Source: Candidatus Hydrogenedentota bacterium
GTDB taxonomy: Bacteria; Hydrogenedentota; Hydrogenedentia; Hydrogenedentales; GCA-2746185
Assembly: GCA_046583315.1 (NCBI GenBank)
Contig: JAYGCN010000344.1
Location: 1 to 16,655, forward strand
Reading direction: 5' to 3'
Length of the DNA stretch: 16,655 bases
The translations under genes were made by a program, and so were the position numbers. Positions 16,614 through 16,655 of the stretch are shown here, in pieces (the stretch's first letter is position 1; each line of letters opens with the position of its first letter). Below the pieces are notes generated by a model, which was not told where the DNA came from, searched no databases, and saw only the letters and a program-made list of their open reading frames with translations.

Positions 16614-16655
16614 ACGGCTCCTACGTTGCTGGCTGGCCAAATTGGTAAGGCACCT

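Noticed and set aside
1..16655. CRISPR array, transposase, integrase or known defence genes
   Set aside because: No regularly spaced direct repeats and no recognisable catalytic motifs for these families were seen.

Overview
Bacterial chromosomal window, mostly minus-strand housekeeping genes: a truncated lipoprotein gene, a small promoter-supported ORF, ilvD, ppdK and a mitochondrial/Bacteroidota-type aconitase. It also carries tRNA-Arg(TCT), followed by a somewhat lower-GC block encoding three type IV minor-pilin-like proteins (PilV/PilW/PilX-like) and a membrane-anchored TPR protein. The remainder holds an EamA/DMT transporter, a cytochrome c'-like / TIM-barrel / DUF1330-like run and a DUF4345-like membrane protein. 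No integrase, transposase or CRISPR array was seen. The most unusual non-coding signal is a dispersed ~60-nt element: a pyrimidine/purine hairpin, a mirror-repeat purine tail (intrastrand-triplex geometry) and a conserved ACCGRCGGATACTTCKTATCCT hairpin. It occurs just downstream of two unrelated stop codons (6119-6178 on +, 14073-14136 on -), with a degenerate third copy at 6236-6292. All product calls come from motif recognition by eye; no database searches were run.
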